A DNA stretch of 59,032 nt, filler included. It is 6 parts of 6 records of this genome, joined end to end, with 100 filler letters (N's around TTAATTAATTAA, not from the genome) between each part and the next. Parts side by side here need not be neighbours in the genome. Positions count along the whole stretch, not along the records: positions 1 to 14,790 come from SRR22947725_1521; 5 more parts are not named here. One strand, 5' to 3'. Positions 1 through 9,092 of the stretch are shown piece by piece; within the stretch, counting starts at the first letter, position 1, and every line of letters starts with the position of its first letter. A program made the translations under genes and the position numbers. Under the pieces are notes generated by a model, which saw nothing but the letters and a program-made list of their open reading frames with translations, did no database searches and was not told the DNA's origin.

Positions 1-2
1 AT

Positions 3-611
3 AATTATATTAAAGCAATTGGTGGTAAAGATATGCTTCTTAATGTCAATACATTAGTGTCGAACATGGATGTAACACTTCCAGGTGCACCGTTTAAACC
101 GATGGCAATTTCAAAAAAAATGATGCCTAATAAAATTTCATTTGAGATGAAAGCTAATATGGGAGGGCAAACAATGTCACTAATGAAAAGAAACTTTAGT
201 GGAGAAAAAGGCTACATGGAACAACAAGGTCAAAAAATGCAGATGAGTGAAGAAGAAATTATCGAAGCTAAAAATGTTGAAGGAATATTTGATGAATTGT
301 ACTACAATGAGGATCAAACTGAACTACTTAGTATTAATTCCATTGATGGAGAAGATGTGTATAAAGTTAAAGTTGTTAAAAATGAAAAAACTTCTTATAG
401 ATATTATGCTGTTGAAAGTGGTTATTTAATGTCAATTGAAGAAGAAGACGAAAATAAAAATATCTCCTCAACTAAATACGGAGATTACCGAAGTGTAAAT
501 GGAATTATGATGCCTTATTTTATGCAAGTTAACGCTGGTGGGCAAAATTTAGAATTTAATACAACTGAGGTTTTGGTTAATAGTGAATTAAAGGATTCTG
601 ACTTCTATTAG
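3..611 (+). CDS. C-terminal domain of an M16 (insulinase-family) peptidase-type protein, 5'-truncated
   Basis: The frame is open from base 3 (NYIKAIGGKDML...). YIxAIGG and the later 'YGDYRSVNGIMMPY' match the C-terminal domain of flavobacterial M16 peptidases. The catalytic part is not in the window. Confidence 0.6.
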   Translation, partial: NYIKAIGGKDMLLNVNTLVSNMDVTLPGAPFKPMAISKKMMPNKISFEMKANMGGQTMSLMKRNFSGEKGYMEQQGQKMQMSEEEIIEAKNVEGIFDELYYNEDQTELLSINSIDGEDVYKVKVVKNEKTSYRYYAVESGYLMSIEEEDENKNISSTKYGDYRSVNGIMMPYFMQVNAGGQNLEFNTTEVLVNSELKDSDFY

Positions 612-646
612 TAATAGACGTATATATATTTTTAAAAAAACTCATC

Positions 647-1534
647 TTAATTGATGGGTTTTTTTTTATTAGATAAATAAACCCCTATAATTATTAATAT
701 TGTAGCAACTGCTTGATAAAAATTAAATAACTCTCCATCTAAAATACCCCAAATTACAGAAACAATTAACATTGAATAAGTTACTGAAGAAGCAAAAACA
801 GGGGAAGAAATTTGAATTAACTTATTGAATAATATTTTTGCCATAGCCGTACCAAAGAATGATAACAGGAATACATAGATTAATGAGTCATTAAGTAAAT
901 GATTACCATTAAATTCTAAGTTAAAAAAGCCAGAGTAAAATAATACTATAATTGAAGGAATAAAAATAACTACAAATTGTCCTGCAGCTATAGAAACTGC
1001 ATTGACATCAGAGAGATATTTTTTGATTAAATTAACATTAATTGCATATAAGACAGAACTAATTATTACCAAACCAGAGTATAAATAGTTTTGATCTGGG
1101 TTTAAATCTGCTCCTGAAATTATCAATGTACAAGTACCTATAAAACCAATTAATACTCCAATTGATTGAATTTTTGTTGTTGATATTTTAAATACAGCAA
1201 ACCCTATTAAAACAGTATTCATCGGAACTAACGAATTTAAAATAGAGGCAACAGCACTATCAATTTGGGTTTCAGCATACGCAAATAAAAAAGCAGGAAA
1301 AAAAGTGCCAACTATAGCAGATAAAGATATCCATTTCCACTTTTTCTTAGGAATGCTACTTATTCGATTAAATGCTATTAAAAAAATAATAATTGAAGAA
1401 AACACGATTCTTAATGAACCAACCTGTAAAGCAGATAAACCAACTAAACTTTTTTTAATGAGAATAAATGAACTACCCCAAATTAAAGATAAAGCTATTA
1501 GATAAGCCCACTTTTTTTCTATTCCTATATTCAT
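647..1534 (-). CDS. DMT/EamA family permease
   Basis: About 10 hydrophobic segments; LIWGSSF and 'AETQIDSAVASILNSLVP' EamA motifs. Confidence 0.9.
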   Translation of the reverse strand: MNIGIEKKWAYLIALSLIWGSSFILIKKSLVGLSALQVGSLRIVFSSIIIFLIAFNRISSIPKKKWKWISLSAIVGTFFPAFLFAYAETQIDSAVASILNSLVPMNTVLIGFAVFKISTTKIQSIGVLIGFIGTCTLIISGADLNPDQNYLYSGLVIISSVLYAINVNLIKKYLSDVNAVSIAAGQFVVIFIPSIIVLFYSGFFNLEFNGNHLLNDSLIYVFLLSFFGTAMAKILFNKLIQISSPVFASSVTYSMLIVSVIWGILDGELFNFYQAVATILIIIGVYLSNKKKPIN

Positions 1535-2124
1535 TTAATATCACTCCATTTAATTGATTCAATAAGATGGTAAATATCCTTCTTTATGTAGTCTAATGCC
1601 GGTAAAACTGAATCATATTTAGTCTTAGATTTTAAATTTAAAATTCCAATTAACAAATTATTTACACTATCTGTAGCATAAAATTGAGATGGGGAAGTTA
1701 CATCTCCTTTAAAATTGATAATGGATGCGTATACTTTTTTATTTTGGTTTGTAAACTCTTGTATTTTGGGTGGGTTTGAAGATTTTTTTAAATGTATTGA
1801 AGTGAAATCATTCAACCGTTTGAGTCTATCATTTAATTTATTGTTTTTATTCAAATTATAGTGTTCTAATTTGATTTCGGCATTTATAAGTGGGTAAGAA
1901 ATACTTTTTGAAGTTAGTGAATTGGTATTAGTGGTAGTTATAATATTTTTAACGAGTGTAGATGCAGTGTTTAATTCAATAGTTGTACCATAATTTTCAA
2001 AGACGATTTCTTTATATGTCGGAGATGGAAAATCTAACCTTAAATATGCGTTTGGTTTAGGTAGCTCTAAATTATCACATGAACAAAATAAAAATATAAG
2101 AAGATATTCTAATTTAAAATTCAT
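1531..2124 (-). CDS. gldD: gliding motility lipoprotein GldD
   Basis: Lipobox (FCSC), PKPxAYLRLDFP, SQFYATDS and YDSVLPA motifs; lies directly downstream of gldE. Confidence 0.9.
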   Translation of the reverse strand: MNFKLEYLLIFLFCSCDNLELPKPNAYLRLDFPSPTYKEIVFENYGTTIELNTASTLVKNIITTTNTNSLTSKSISYPLINAEIKLEHYNLNKNNKLNDRLKRLNDFTSIHLKKSSNPPKIQEFTNQNKKVYASIINFKGDVTSPSQFYATDSVNNLLIGILNLKSKTKYDSVLPALDYIKKDIYHLIESIKWSDIK

Positions 2125-3374
2125 TTAATAGAAACTTTTACTTGCTTAATTCTTTTTTTATCTACAGATTCAATAATAAATGTGTAATTTTCAAAAGCTA
2201 TCTTACTATTAATTTTTGGAAAACTTTGTGAAATTTCTAAAATAAACCCAGCTATTGTTTCTGAATCTCCTTTGAATTTATCAAATGGACTTGAATCAAT
2301 ATTCAAGATTTTATAAAAATCTTTCATGGATGTTTTACCTTCAAAAACATAATTAAAGTTATCTAACTTTGAAAAAAGTAAACTATCATCATCAAATTCG
2401 TCAGAAATATCTCCAACAATTTCCTCGATTACATCTTCCAATGAAATCACTCCAGAAGTACCTCCAAATTCATCAACTACTATAGCTAAATGAATCTTTT
2501 TGTCTTGAAACTCTTGCATTAAATCATCTAACTTCTTGTTTTCAGGAATAAATAATGGTTTTCTGAGAGTAGAAAGCCAATCAAAATCTTTTTTATCTAA
2601 AAAAGGCAACAAATCTTTCACATATAATATTCCAATAATATTGTCTAAATCATCTTGATAGACTGGAATTCTAGAGAATTTGTTTTCTACTATGTTTTTT
2701 AAAACTTCTTCATAACTCAACAAATTGCTGTATGCATGTATATCTAACCTTGGACGCATTACTTCTTTAGTCTCAGTATTACCAAAGGACAAAATCCCTT
2801 TAAGTATTTTTTGCTCTTGCTTTGTTGTTTCATCAGGGCTAGTTAGATCCAGTGCAGATGAAATTTGATTAAGATCAATGTTTTGTTTTTTAAAACTTAA
2901 TTTATTTTTGATGAAATTAGAAAGCTTTTGCATTGGAAAACTAATCGGAGTAAGAACAAAGTCCAATAACACAAGTGGGTATATTACAAATTTTGAAAAT
3001 GTTAAATTATTTCTACTAGCATAAATTTTTGGTAATATTTCTCCAAATAACAGAATTAAAAAAGTAGCTACTACAACTTCAATTATAAACTGCCAAAAAG
3101 AGGAGGTGATGTTTTTAAATATTACATTTCCTATTTGGGTAAATAAAATTACTATAGCGATATTTATAAAGCTATTGGCAACTAAAATTGTTGCCAATAA
3201 CTTATTTGGATTAGTTAATGACTTTTGAATTATTTGGACATAGCCAGACTTATCTTCTTTTTTTAACTGTGACTTAGATAAGGAAAACAGAGCTACTTCA
3301 GAACCAGAAATCAATCCAGAAAAAATAAGTAACACTGTTAATGTTAAACTGTAATATATAATTGGATCACTCAA
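2121..3374 (-). CDS. gldE: gliding motility-associated protein GldE (CNNM-CBS-CorC domains)
   Basis: SGSEVALFSL, FGEILPK, FSRIP, VVDEFGGTSG motifs; mutY-ssb-gldE-gldD order; TTG start. Confidence 0.9.
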   Translation of the reverse strand: MSDPIIYYSLTLTVLLIFSGLISGSEVALFSLSKSQLKKEDKSGYVQIIQKSLTNPNKLLATILVANSFINIAIVILFTQIGNVIFKNITSSFWQFIIEVVVATFLILLFGEILPKIYASRNNLTFSKFVIYPLVLLDFVLTPISFPMQKLSNFIKNKLSFKKQNIDLNQISSALDLTSPDETTKQEQKILKGILSFGNTETKEVMRPRLDIHAYSNLLSYEEVLKNIVENKFSRIPVYQDDLDNIIGILYVKDLLPFLDKKDFDWLSTLRKPLFIPENKKLDDLMQEFQDKKIHLAIVVDEFGGTSGVISLEDVIEEIVGDISDEFDDDSLLFSKLDNFNYVFEGKTSMKDFYKILNIDSSPFDKFKGDSETIAGFILEISQSFPKINSKIAFENYTFIIESVDKKRIKQVKVSIK

Positions 3375-3389
3375 TTAATGGATATTTAA

Positions 3390-3821
3390 TTAAAATGGCA
3401 AATCGTCATTTTCTGACGCTGACTCTACATTTGGCTTAGATTCAACTTGCACGTGTATATTTGAGCTTGAGGGATTAGTTTCGTTTTTGGTATTTAGAAA
3501 AGTAAACTCTTGACAATTGACTTCAGTTGAATATCTGTCAATTCCCTTATCGTCTTGCCATTTGCGAGTCTTAATCCTTCCTTCAACATAAACTTTATCT
3601 CCTTTAGATAAGTACTTTTGGCAAATTTCAGCAGCTTTATTTCTAACAACAATATTATGCCACTCGGTATTGGTAACTTTTTCGTTAGTTTGTTTATTTG
3701 TATATGATTCATTTGTTGCAAGAGGGAATCTTCCAATACACCCACCTCCTTCAAAATTGTGAATTTTTACGTCATCACCTAAATGACCAATTAATATTAC
3801 TTTATTTAATGTACCTGTCAT
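3390..3821 (-). CDS. ssb: single-stranded DNA-binding protein
   Basis: NKVILIG, TEWHNIV and C-terminal DDLPF. Confidence 0.97.
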   Translation of the reverse strand: MTGTLNKVILIGHLGDDVKIHNFEGGGCIGRFPLATNESYTNKQTNEKVTNTEWHNIVVRNKAAEICQKYLSKGDKVYVEGRIKTRKWQDDKGIDRYSTEVNCQEFTFLNTKNETNPSSSNIHVQVESKPNVESASENDDLPF

Positions 3822-3878
3822 GATTTAAATTTATTAAAGTTATTTTGTTTATAAATTAAGTAATTATTATTTAATTGT

Positions 3879-4916
3879 TCAAAAATACGACTTAATAAAT
3901 CTACTTAGCACAATTGGGAATGGATAATTTACTAAGTTTTTAATAGGTGTTATATTTGTACTTAAATCATCAATTTGTATTTTCCAATATTTGATAAATA
4001 ATTTACGATGAGTTAAATTATGAATTTCTGGTTTAGCATTTATTAATTCAACGTCATATTTTGAGTTTGAAAGAGGAGTTGAAATTTCAAGTTGATTAAT
4101 TAATTCATTGACATTCAATTCTTTATCAGTAATTATAAGTGGGAATTGATAAAGTTTCTGCCAAATTCCTTTATCATTTCTTTGCTCAATTTGAGTATTA
4201 TTATAAGGATCAATAAATATTATAAAATTAAAATGTTTAATCAAAACTTTATGTTTTTTAATCTTTACAGGAAGTAAACTTGTTGTTTTATTGACATGGG
4301 CATTACAACCATCTTGCAAAACACAAATTTCACATTTAGCCATTTTAGGTTTACACACTGTTGAACCAAAATCCATTAATGCCTGATTATAATCTCCAAT
4401 ATTTATCTTAGGCAATAAATCATGTGATAGTTTTTCAAAGGCCTTTATTCCTTGTGAGGAATTTATTGGAATATCCATACCAAAATATCTGGAGAGTAAT
4501 CTAAAAACATTTCCATCTAAAACTGCTTGTTTTTCCTCATAACAAATTGAAGAAATTGCACTTGCAGTGTATTTACCTATACCTGGGAGCTTTAATAGCT
4601 GCAAATATGTTTTAGGAAAAACTCCATTATAATTACTGACTATTATTTTTGCTGTTTTGTGTAGGTTTCTAGCTCTAGAGTAATAGCCTAAACCTTGCCA
4701 AAGTTTTAAAATTTCTTGCTCATTTGCAGTGGCCAACGAAAACACATCAGGGTATTTTTGCATAAATTTTGTGTAATATGGAAGGCCCTGTTGTATTTGT
4801 GTTTGTTGAAGTATTATTTCAGAGAGCCAAACAGAATAAGGATCTTTGTTTTTTCTCCAAGGAAGATCTCTTTTATTTTTAGAATACCAATTATCAATTT
4901 GGGAGGTAAAATTCAT
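3879..4916 (-). CDS. mutY: A/G-specific adenine glycosylase MutY
   Basis: RDLPWR, WLSEIILQQTQ, WQGLGYYSRARNL, HhH LPGIGKYTA, Fe-S motif C-x6-C-x2-C-x5-C. Confidence 0.96.
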   Translation of the reverse strand: MNFTSQIDNWYSKNKRDLPWRKNKDPYSVWLSEIILQQTQIQQGLPYYTKFMQKYPDVFSLATANEQEILKLWQGLGYYSRARNLHKTAKIIVSNYNGVFPKTYLQLLKLPGIGKYTASAISSICYEEKQAVLDGNVFRLLSRYFGMDIPINSSQGIKAFEKLSHDLLPKINIGDYNQALMDFGSTVCKPKMAKCEICVLQDGCNAHVNKTTSLLPVKIKKHKVLIKHFNFIIFIDPYNNTQIEQRNDKGIWQKLYQFPLIITDKELNVNELINQLEISTPLSNSKYDVELINAKPEIHNLTHRKLFIKYWKIQIDDLSTNITPIKNLVNYPFPIVLSRFIKSYF

Positions 4917-4976
4917 ATATTGAGAGGATTGAGAGTAAAAATAAAGTTTATTATCAATAAATTAAATTAATTTGAC

Positions 4977-5008
4977 TTGAAATATTGATAATAAAATACA
5001 TATATTTG
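4977..5008 (+). promoter_or_regulatory. Bacteroidota housekeeping promoter (-33 TTG / -7 TAnnTTTG) upstream of hup
   Basis: TATATTTG at 5001-5008 matches TAnnTTTG; TTG at 4977-4979 lies 21 nt upstream. Confidence 0.6.
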
Positions 5009-5043
5009 CTGGCGTTGAAAAATATAAAAAACAGATAATATAA

Positions 5044-5334
5044 ATGACAAAAGCTGAAATTGTATCCAATGTTTCTCAAAAGATGGGAATTGAAAAAGCA
5101 GATGTTCAAGCAACAGTAGAATCATTCATGAAAGAGGTTATAAGTTCTCTTGAAAATGGTGAAAATGTATATCTAAGAGGATTTGGAAGTTTTATAGTTA
5201 AAACTAGAGCTGAAAAAACTGGCAGAAATATATCAAAAAACACTACAATTAAAATACCTGCTCATAATATCCCTGCTTTTAAGCCTGCTAAAACATTTTT
5301 AGAAGGTGTGAAATCTAAAGTTCAGGTCAAATAA
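5044..5334 (+). CDS. hup: HU/IHF family DNA-binding protein
   Basis: MTKAEIV, VYLRGFGSF, GRNI, PAFKPAK. Confidence 0.95.
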   Translation: MTKAEIVSNVSQKMGIEKADVQATVESFMKEVISSLENGENVYLRGFGSFIVKTRAEKTGRNISKNTTIKIPAHNIPAFKPAKTFLEGVKSKVQVK

Positions 5335-5370
5335 TTACATCATAAATATTAATTTAAAAAACAAAAATTT

Positions 5371-5460
5371 ATGCCAAGTGGTAAAAAAAGAAAAAGACAC
5401 AAGGTAGCTACGCATAAACGTAAAAAAAGGCGTAGAGCTAATCGTCACAAGAAGAAATAA
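5371..5460 (+). CDS. 30S ribosomal protein bS22 (AURKAIP1/COX24-type small basic protein), 29 aa
   Basis: Hand translation gives MPSGKKRKRHKVATHKRKKRRRANRHKKK*, preceded by an A-rich Bacteroidota translation-initiation region. It is below the ORF-track length cutoff. Confidence 0.85.
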   Translation: MPSGKKRKRHKVATHKRKKRRRANRHKKK

Positions 5461-5604
5461 TTAATTATTACTTCAATTATCAAGTTCATTGAAATATAAT
5501 TCATGTAAAATTTACGATCATCAATTTCGTATTCATGAATTAGTCGAATTACATAAAAATTAATAATCAATTTATGTATTTATGCATAAATAAAAAATAA
5601 CTTT

Positions 5605-7152
5605 ATGAATAAAGAACTAATTATACGTTCTAGTTCAAATATTGTTGATTTTGCCTTACTTAAGGATGGAAAATTAATAGAGTTTCAAAAAGATAAAGAA
5701 AGTAGTAAATATAGTGTTGGTGATATTTTTATTGCCAAAATAAGAAAATCCATTCCTGGATTGAATGCTGCTTTTGTAAATGTAGGATATCACAAAGATG
5801 GTTTTTTACATTATCACGATTTAGGACCTAAACTTCCTACATATTTAAAGTTTATTAAAGGAATAATTTCAGGTAAACTAAAAAAATACTCTATAGAAAA
5901 TTTTACATTTGAAAAAGAAATTGATAAAAATGGCAGTATCAGCGAAGCTATAAAGCCTAATCAAACTGTATTAGTGCAAATAATAAAAGAACCAATCTCT
6001 ACGAAAGGGCCTAGAATTAGCTCTGAGCTTTCAATAGCTGGTAGATATTTGGTTTTAATTCCATTTTCTAATCGTATCTCTGTATCTCAAAAAATAGATT
6101 CAAATGAAGAAAAAGAGAGATTAAAAAGATTAGTTAAAAGTATTGCTCCAAAAGGTTTTGGAGTTATTATTAGGACTGTTGCTAAAGGCAAAAAAGTAGC
6201 CGAACTAGATAAAGACTTACAGACGTTGCATGACAGATGGATTGCAATGTGTAAAAAATTACACAGAGCCACTTACCCAAGTAAAGTACTAGATGAAATG
6301 AATAAATCTTCCTTAATTTTAAGAGATCTATTTAATGACACCTTTACCTCAATTGTGGTAGATGACGAAACTCTTTACTATCAATTAAAAGAGTATGTGC
6401 AAGAAATTGCACCCAAACAAGAATCTATTGTCAAATTACATAAGGATGAATCTCCAATTTTTGAAAAATTTGGTGTTGAAAGACAAATAAAAACTTCTTT
6501 TGGTCAAAATGTATCAATGGCTAAAGGAGCATATTTAGTAATTGAACACACTGAAGCGCTACATGTTGTAGATGTAAATAGTGGAAATAGATCAAGTAAA
6601 TCAAATAACCAAGAAGATACCGCTCTTGAAGTAAATTTAATAGCTGCAACTGAAATTGCTAGACAATTAAGACTCCGTGATATGGGAGGAATTATTGTAG
6701 TAGATTTTATAGATTTAGGATCTGCAGAAAACAGAAAAAAGCTATTTGATCATTTAAGAGATGAAATGAAGGATGACAGGGCTAAACACAAAATTCTCCC
6801 ACCTAGTAAATTTGGACTAATTCAAATAACTAGACAAAGAGTTAGGCCTGAAATGACAATTAAAACTAGAGAAAAAAATCCAAATAATAGAAATGGAGCT
6901 GAAATTGAAGCTCCAATTCTTATTGTCAATAAAATTGCAGAAGATTTAGAATTAATATTGAAAAAAGGTCATAAAAATGTGCGTTTGAATGCACATCCTT
7001 TTATAGCAGCTTTTCTTAATAAAGGGTTCTACTCTTTTAGAAATAAATGGATTTGGAAGTTTAAGCAATGGATTAAAATTAATCCTAGAGATGCTTACAC
7101 TTATCTAGAATATCATTTTACCGATAAAAACGGTAAGAATATTAATTTATAA
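5605..7152 (+). CDS. rng: ribonuclease E/G family (RNase G-sized)
   Basis: S1 domain (LNAAFVNVG), KEPISTKGPR, DVNSG, EIARQLRLRDMGGIIVVDFID. Confidence 0.95.
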   Translation: MNKELIIRSSSNIVDFALLKDGKLIEFQKDKESSKYSVGDIFIAKIRKSIPGLNAAFVNVGYHKDGFLHYHDLGPKLPTYLKFIKGIISGKLKKYSIENFTFEKEIDKNGSISEAIKPNQTVLVQIIKEPISTKGPRISSELSIAGRYLVLIPFSNRISVSQKIDSNEEKERLKRLVKSIAPKGFGVIIRTVAKGKKVAELDKDLQTLHDRWIAMCKKLHRATYPSKVLDEMNKSSLILRDLFNDTFTSIVVDDETLYYQLKEYVQEIAPKQESIVKLHKDESPIFEKFGVERQIKTSFGQNVSMAKGAYLVIEHTEALHVVDVNSGNRSSKSNNQEDTALEVNLIAATEIARQLRLRDMGGIIVVDFIDLGSAENRKKLFDHLRDEMKDDRAKHKILPPSKFGLIQITRQRVRPEMTIKTREKNPNNRNGAEIEAPILIVNKIAEDLELILKKGHKNVRLNAHPFIAAFLNKGFYSFRNKWIWKFKQWIKINPRDAYTYLEYHFTDKNGKNINL

Positions 7153-7153
7153 C

Positions 7154-7188
7154 AAAAAAAGCTCTATTGAAAAATAGGGCTTTTTTTT
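7154..7188. terminator. bidirectional intrinsic terminator between rng and the aldo/keto reductase
   Basis: A7-GCTCTATT-gaaa-AATAGGGC-T8 between convergent genes. Confidence 0.8.
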
Positions 7189-8224
7189 ATGGAGATGGAT
7201 TAGGTATTTTAGAATGAATATCGTTTATTTTAATCAAAACCTCATCATTTAATGTAACATTAATACTAGAAATATTTTCTGCAAGTTGTTTTAGATTTGT
7301 TGCTCCAATAATATTGCTAGTTACAAAGGGTTGTTGATTTACAAAAGCTAAGGACATTTGGGTTAAAGTCAAATCATTATCTAATGCTATTTTTAAATAT
7401 TCTTTTGTAGCTTTTGTTGCCTCAGGGCTACTATATCTGGAAAATCTTGGGAATAATTTAAGTCTTGAATTATCAGAGGCAGTTCCATTTATATATTTAC
7501 CTGTTAAAACACCAAAACCTAACGGGGAATAGGCTAACAAGCCCAAACCTTCTCTAATAGATATTTCTGCTAAATCTCCTTCAAATGGCCTGTTTAATAA
7601 AGAATAGGCATTTTGAATGGTTACAACACGTGGTAGATTACATTTATTTGACTCTTCAATATAACGCATTGCTCCCCATGATTTCTCATTAGAGATACCG
7701 ATGTTTCTAATTTTTCCTTCCTTAACAAAACCATCTAAAGAATTTAATATTTCATTAAAATTATCATTCCATTTCTCATTATAATTATGCTTATAGTCTC
7801 TTATTCCAAAAAAATTAGTACTTCTCTCTGGCCAATGTAATTGATATAAATCAATATAATCAGTTTGAAGTCTTTTTAAACTCTTATGTATAGCATCTTT
7901 TATTGATGTCGGGGAGAAACCACCAGTTCTAATATGTTTTGTGTAATCTCCAGGTCCAGCAATTTTTGTTGCGATAACTAGCTTATCTCTATTTTTCTTT
8001 TGTGTCAACCACTTACCAATTATTTCACTAGTTCTACCACTTGTTTTAGCTTCTGCTGGAACCGGATAAAGCTCTGCTGTATCAATAAAATTAACACCAC
8101 TATCGACTGAAAAATCTAACTGCTCAAAAGCTTCCTTTTCACTGTTCTGGTTTCCCCAAGTCATAGTTCCTAAACAAATCTTACTTACTTTAATTTCTGT
8201 GTGCGGAATAGTATTGTATAACAT
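7187..8224 (-). CDS. tas: aldo/keto reductase, Tas-like
   Basis: ICLGTMTWG, DTAELYPVP, LKRLQTDYIDLYQLHWP, QNAYSLLNR, LLAYSPL. Confidence 0.9.
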   Translation of the reverse strand: MLYNTIPHTEIKVSKICLGTMTWGNQNSEKEAFEQLDFSVDSGVNFIDTAELYPVPAEAKTSGRTSEIIGKWLTQKKNRDKLVIATKIAGPGDYTKHIRTGGFSPTSIKDAIHKSLKRLQTDYIDLYQLHWPERSTNFFGIRDYKHNYNEKWNDNFNEILNSLDGFVKEGKIRNIGISNEKSWGAMRYIEESNKCNLPRVVTIQNAYSLLNRPFEGDLAEISIREGLGLLAYSPLGFGVLTGKYINGTASDNSRLKLFPRFSRYSSPEATKATKEYLKIALDNDLTLTQMSLAFVNQQPFVTSNIIGATNLKQLAENISSINVTLNDEVLIKINDIHSKIPNPSP

Positions 8225-8227
8225 TTA

Positions 8228-8992
8228 TTAAAATTTTAATTTTACAAAAATAGGACAATGATCACTATGTTTTACTTCACTAAGTATTTTAGCATCTGTA
8301 ATATTGTATTTTAAGTTTTCTGACACCATAGCATAATCAATTCTCCATCCTTTATTATTTTGTCTGGAATTTGCTCTGTAACTCCACCAAGAATACATAT
8401 CTTTTGAGTCATTAACTTCTCTGAAAGAATCTACAAAACCACTTGAGATAAAACTATCTAACCATTCTCTTTCTACAGGTAAAAAACCTGACACATTTTT
8501 ATTTCGTACAGGGTCATGAATGTCAATTGCTTTATGACATATATTATAGTCCCCTACAATAATTAATTTATTTGATGATGATTTAAGCTCATCAATATAT
8601 TCTCTAAACATTCTCATATAATTAAGCTTGTGATCTAATCTTAAAAGATTAGTTCCTGATGGTAGATAAAGACTCATAACAGAGAAATTATCAAAATCAG
8701 CTCGGATATTTCTTCCCTCATAGTCCATTGATTCAATACCTGTTCCGTATTCAACATGATTAGGCTTAGTTTTACTTAAAATTGCAACACCACTATAACC
8801 TTTCTTTTTAGCGCTAAACCAATAATTGTACTTGTATCCTGCGTCTACAAATAAATCTAAATCTAATTGCTCTTTTAAAGCTTTAATTTCTTGTAAACAA
8901 ATTACATCTGGAGATTCATCAACTAGCCATTTAATAAAACCTTTTTTTATAGCCGCTCTAATTCCATTAACATTATATGATATTATTTTCAT
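8228..8992 (-). CDS. xth: exodeoxyribonuclease III
   Basis: MKIISYNVNGIRA, LQEIK, GDYNICH, GWRIDY, SDHCP; start reset to the ATG at 8992. Confidence 0.96.
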   Translation of the reverse strand: MKIISYNVNGIRAAIKKGFIKWLVDESPDVICLQEIKALKEQLDLDLFVDAGYKYNYWFSAKKKGYSGVAILSKTKPNHVEYGTGIESMDYEGRNIRADFDNFSVMSLYLPSGTNLLRLDHKLNYMRMFREYIDELKSSSNKLIIVGDYNICHKAIDIHDPVRNKNVSGFLPVEREWLDSFISSGFVDSFREVNDSKDMYSWWSYRANSRQNNKGWRIDYAMVSENLKYNITDAKILSEVKHSDHCPIFVKLKF

Positions 8993-9092
8993 TTTACTAA
9001 AATATATAATCATATAATTAATTACTAGATTAGATCATAAGTTTTAACAAAAAAATAAAATAATTAAGATAATTAAGAGTTTAATCTATACT

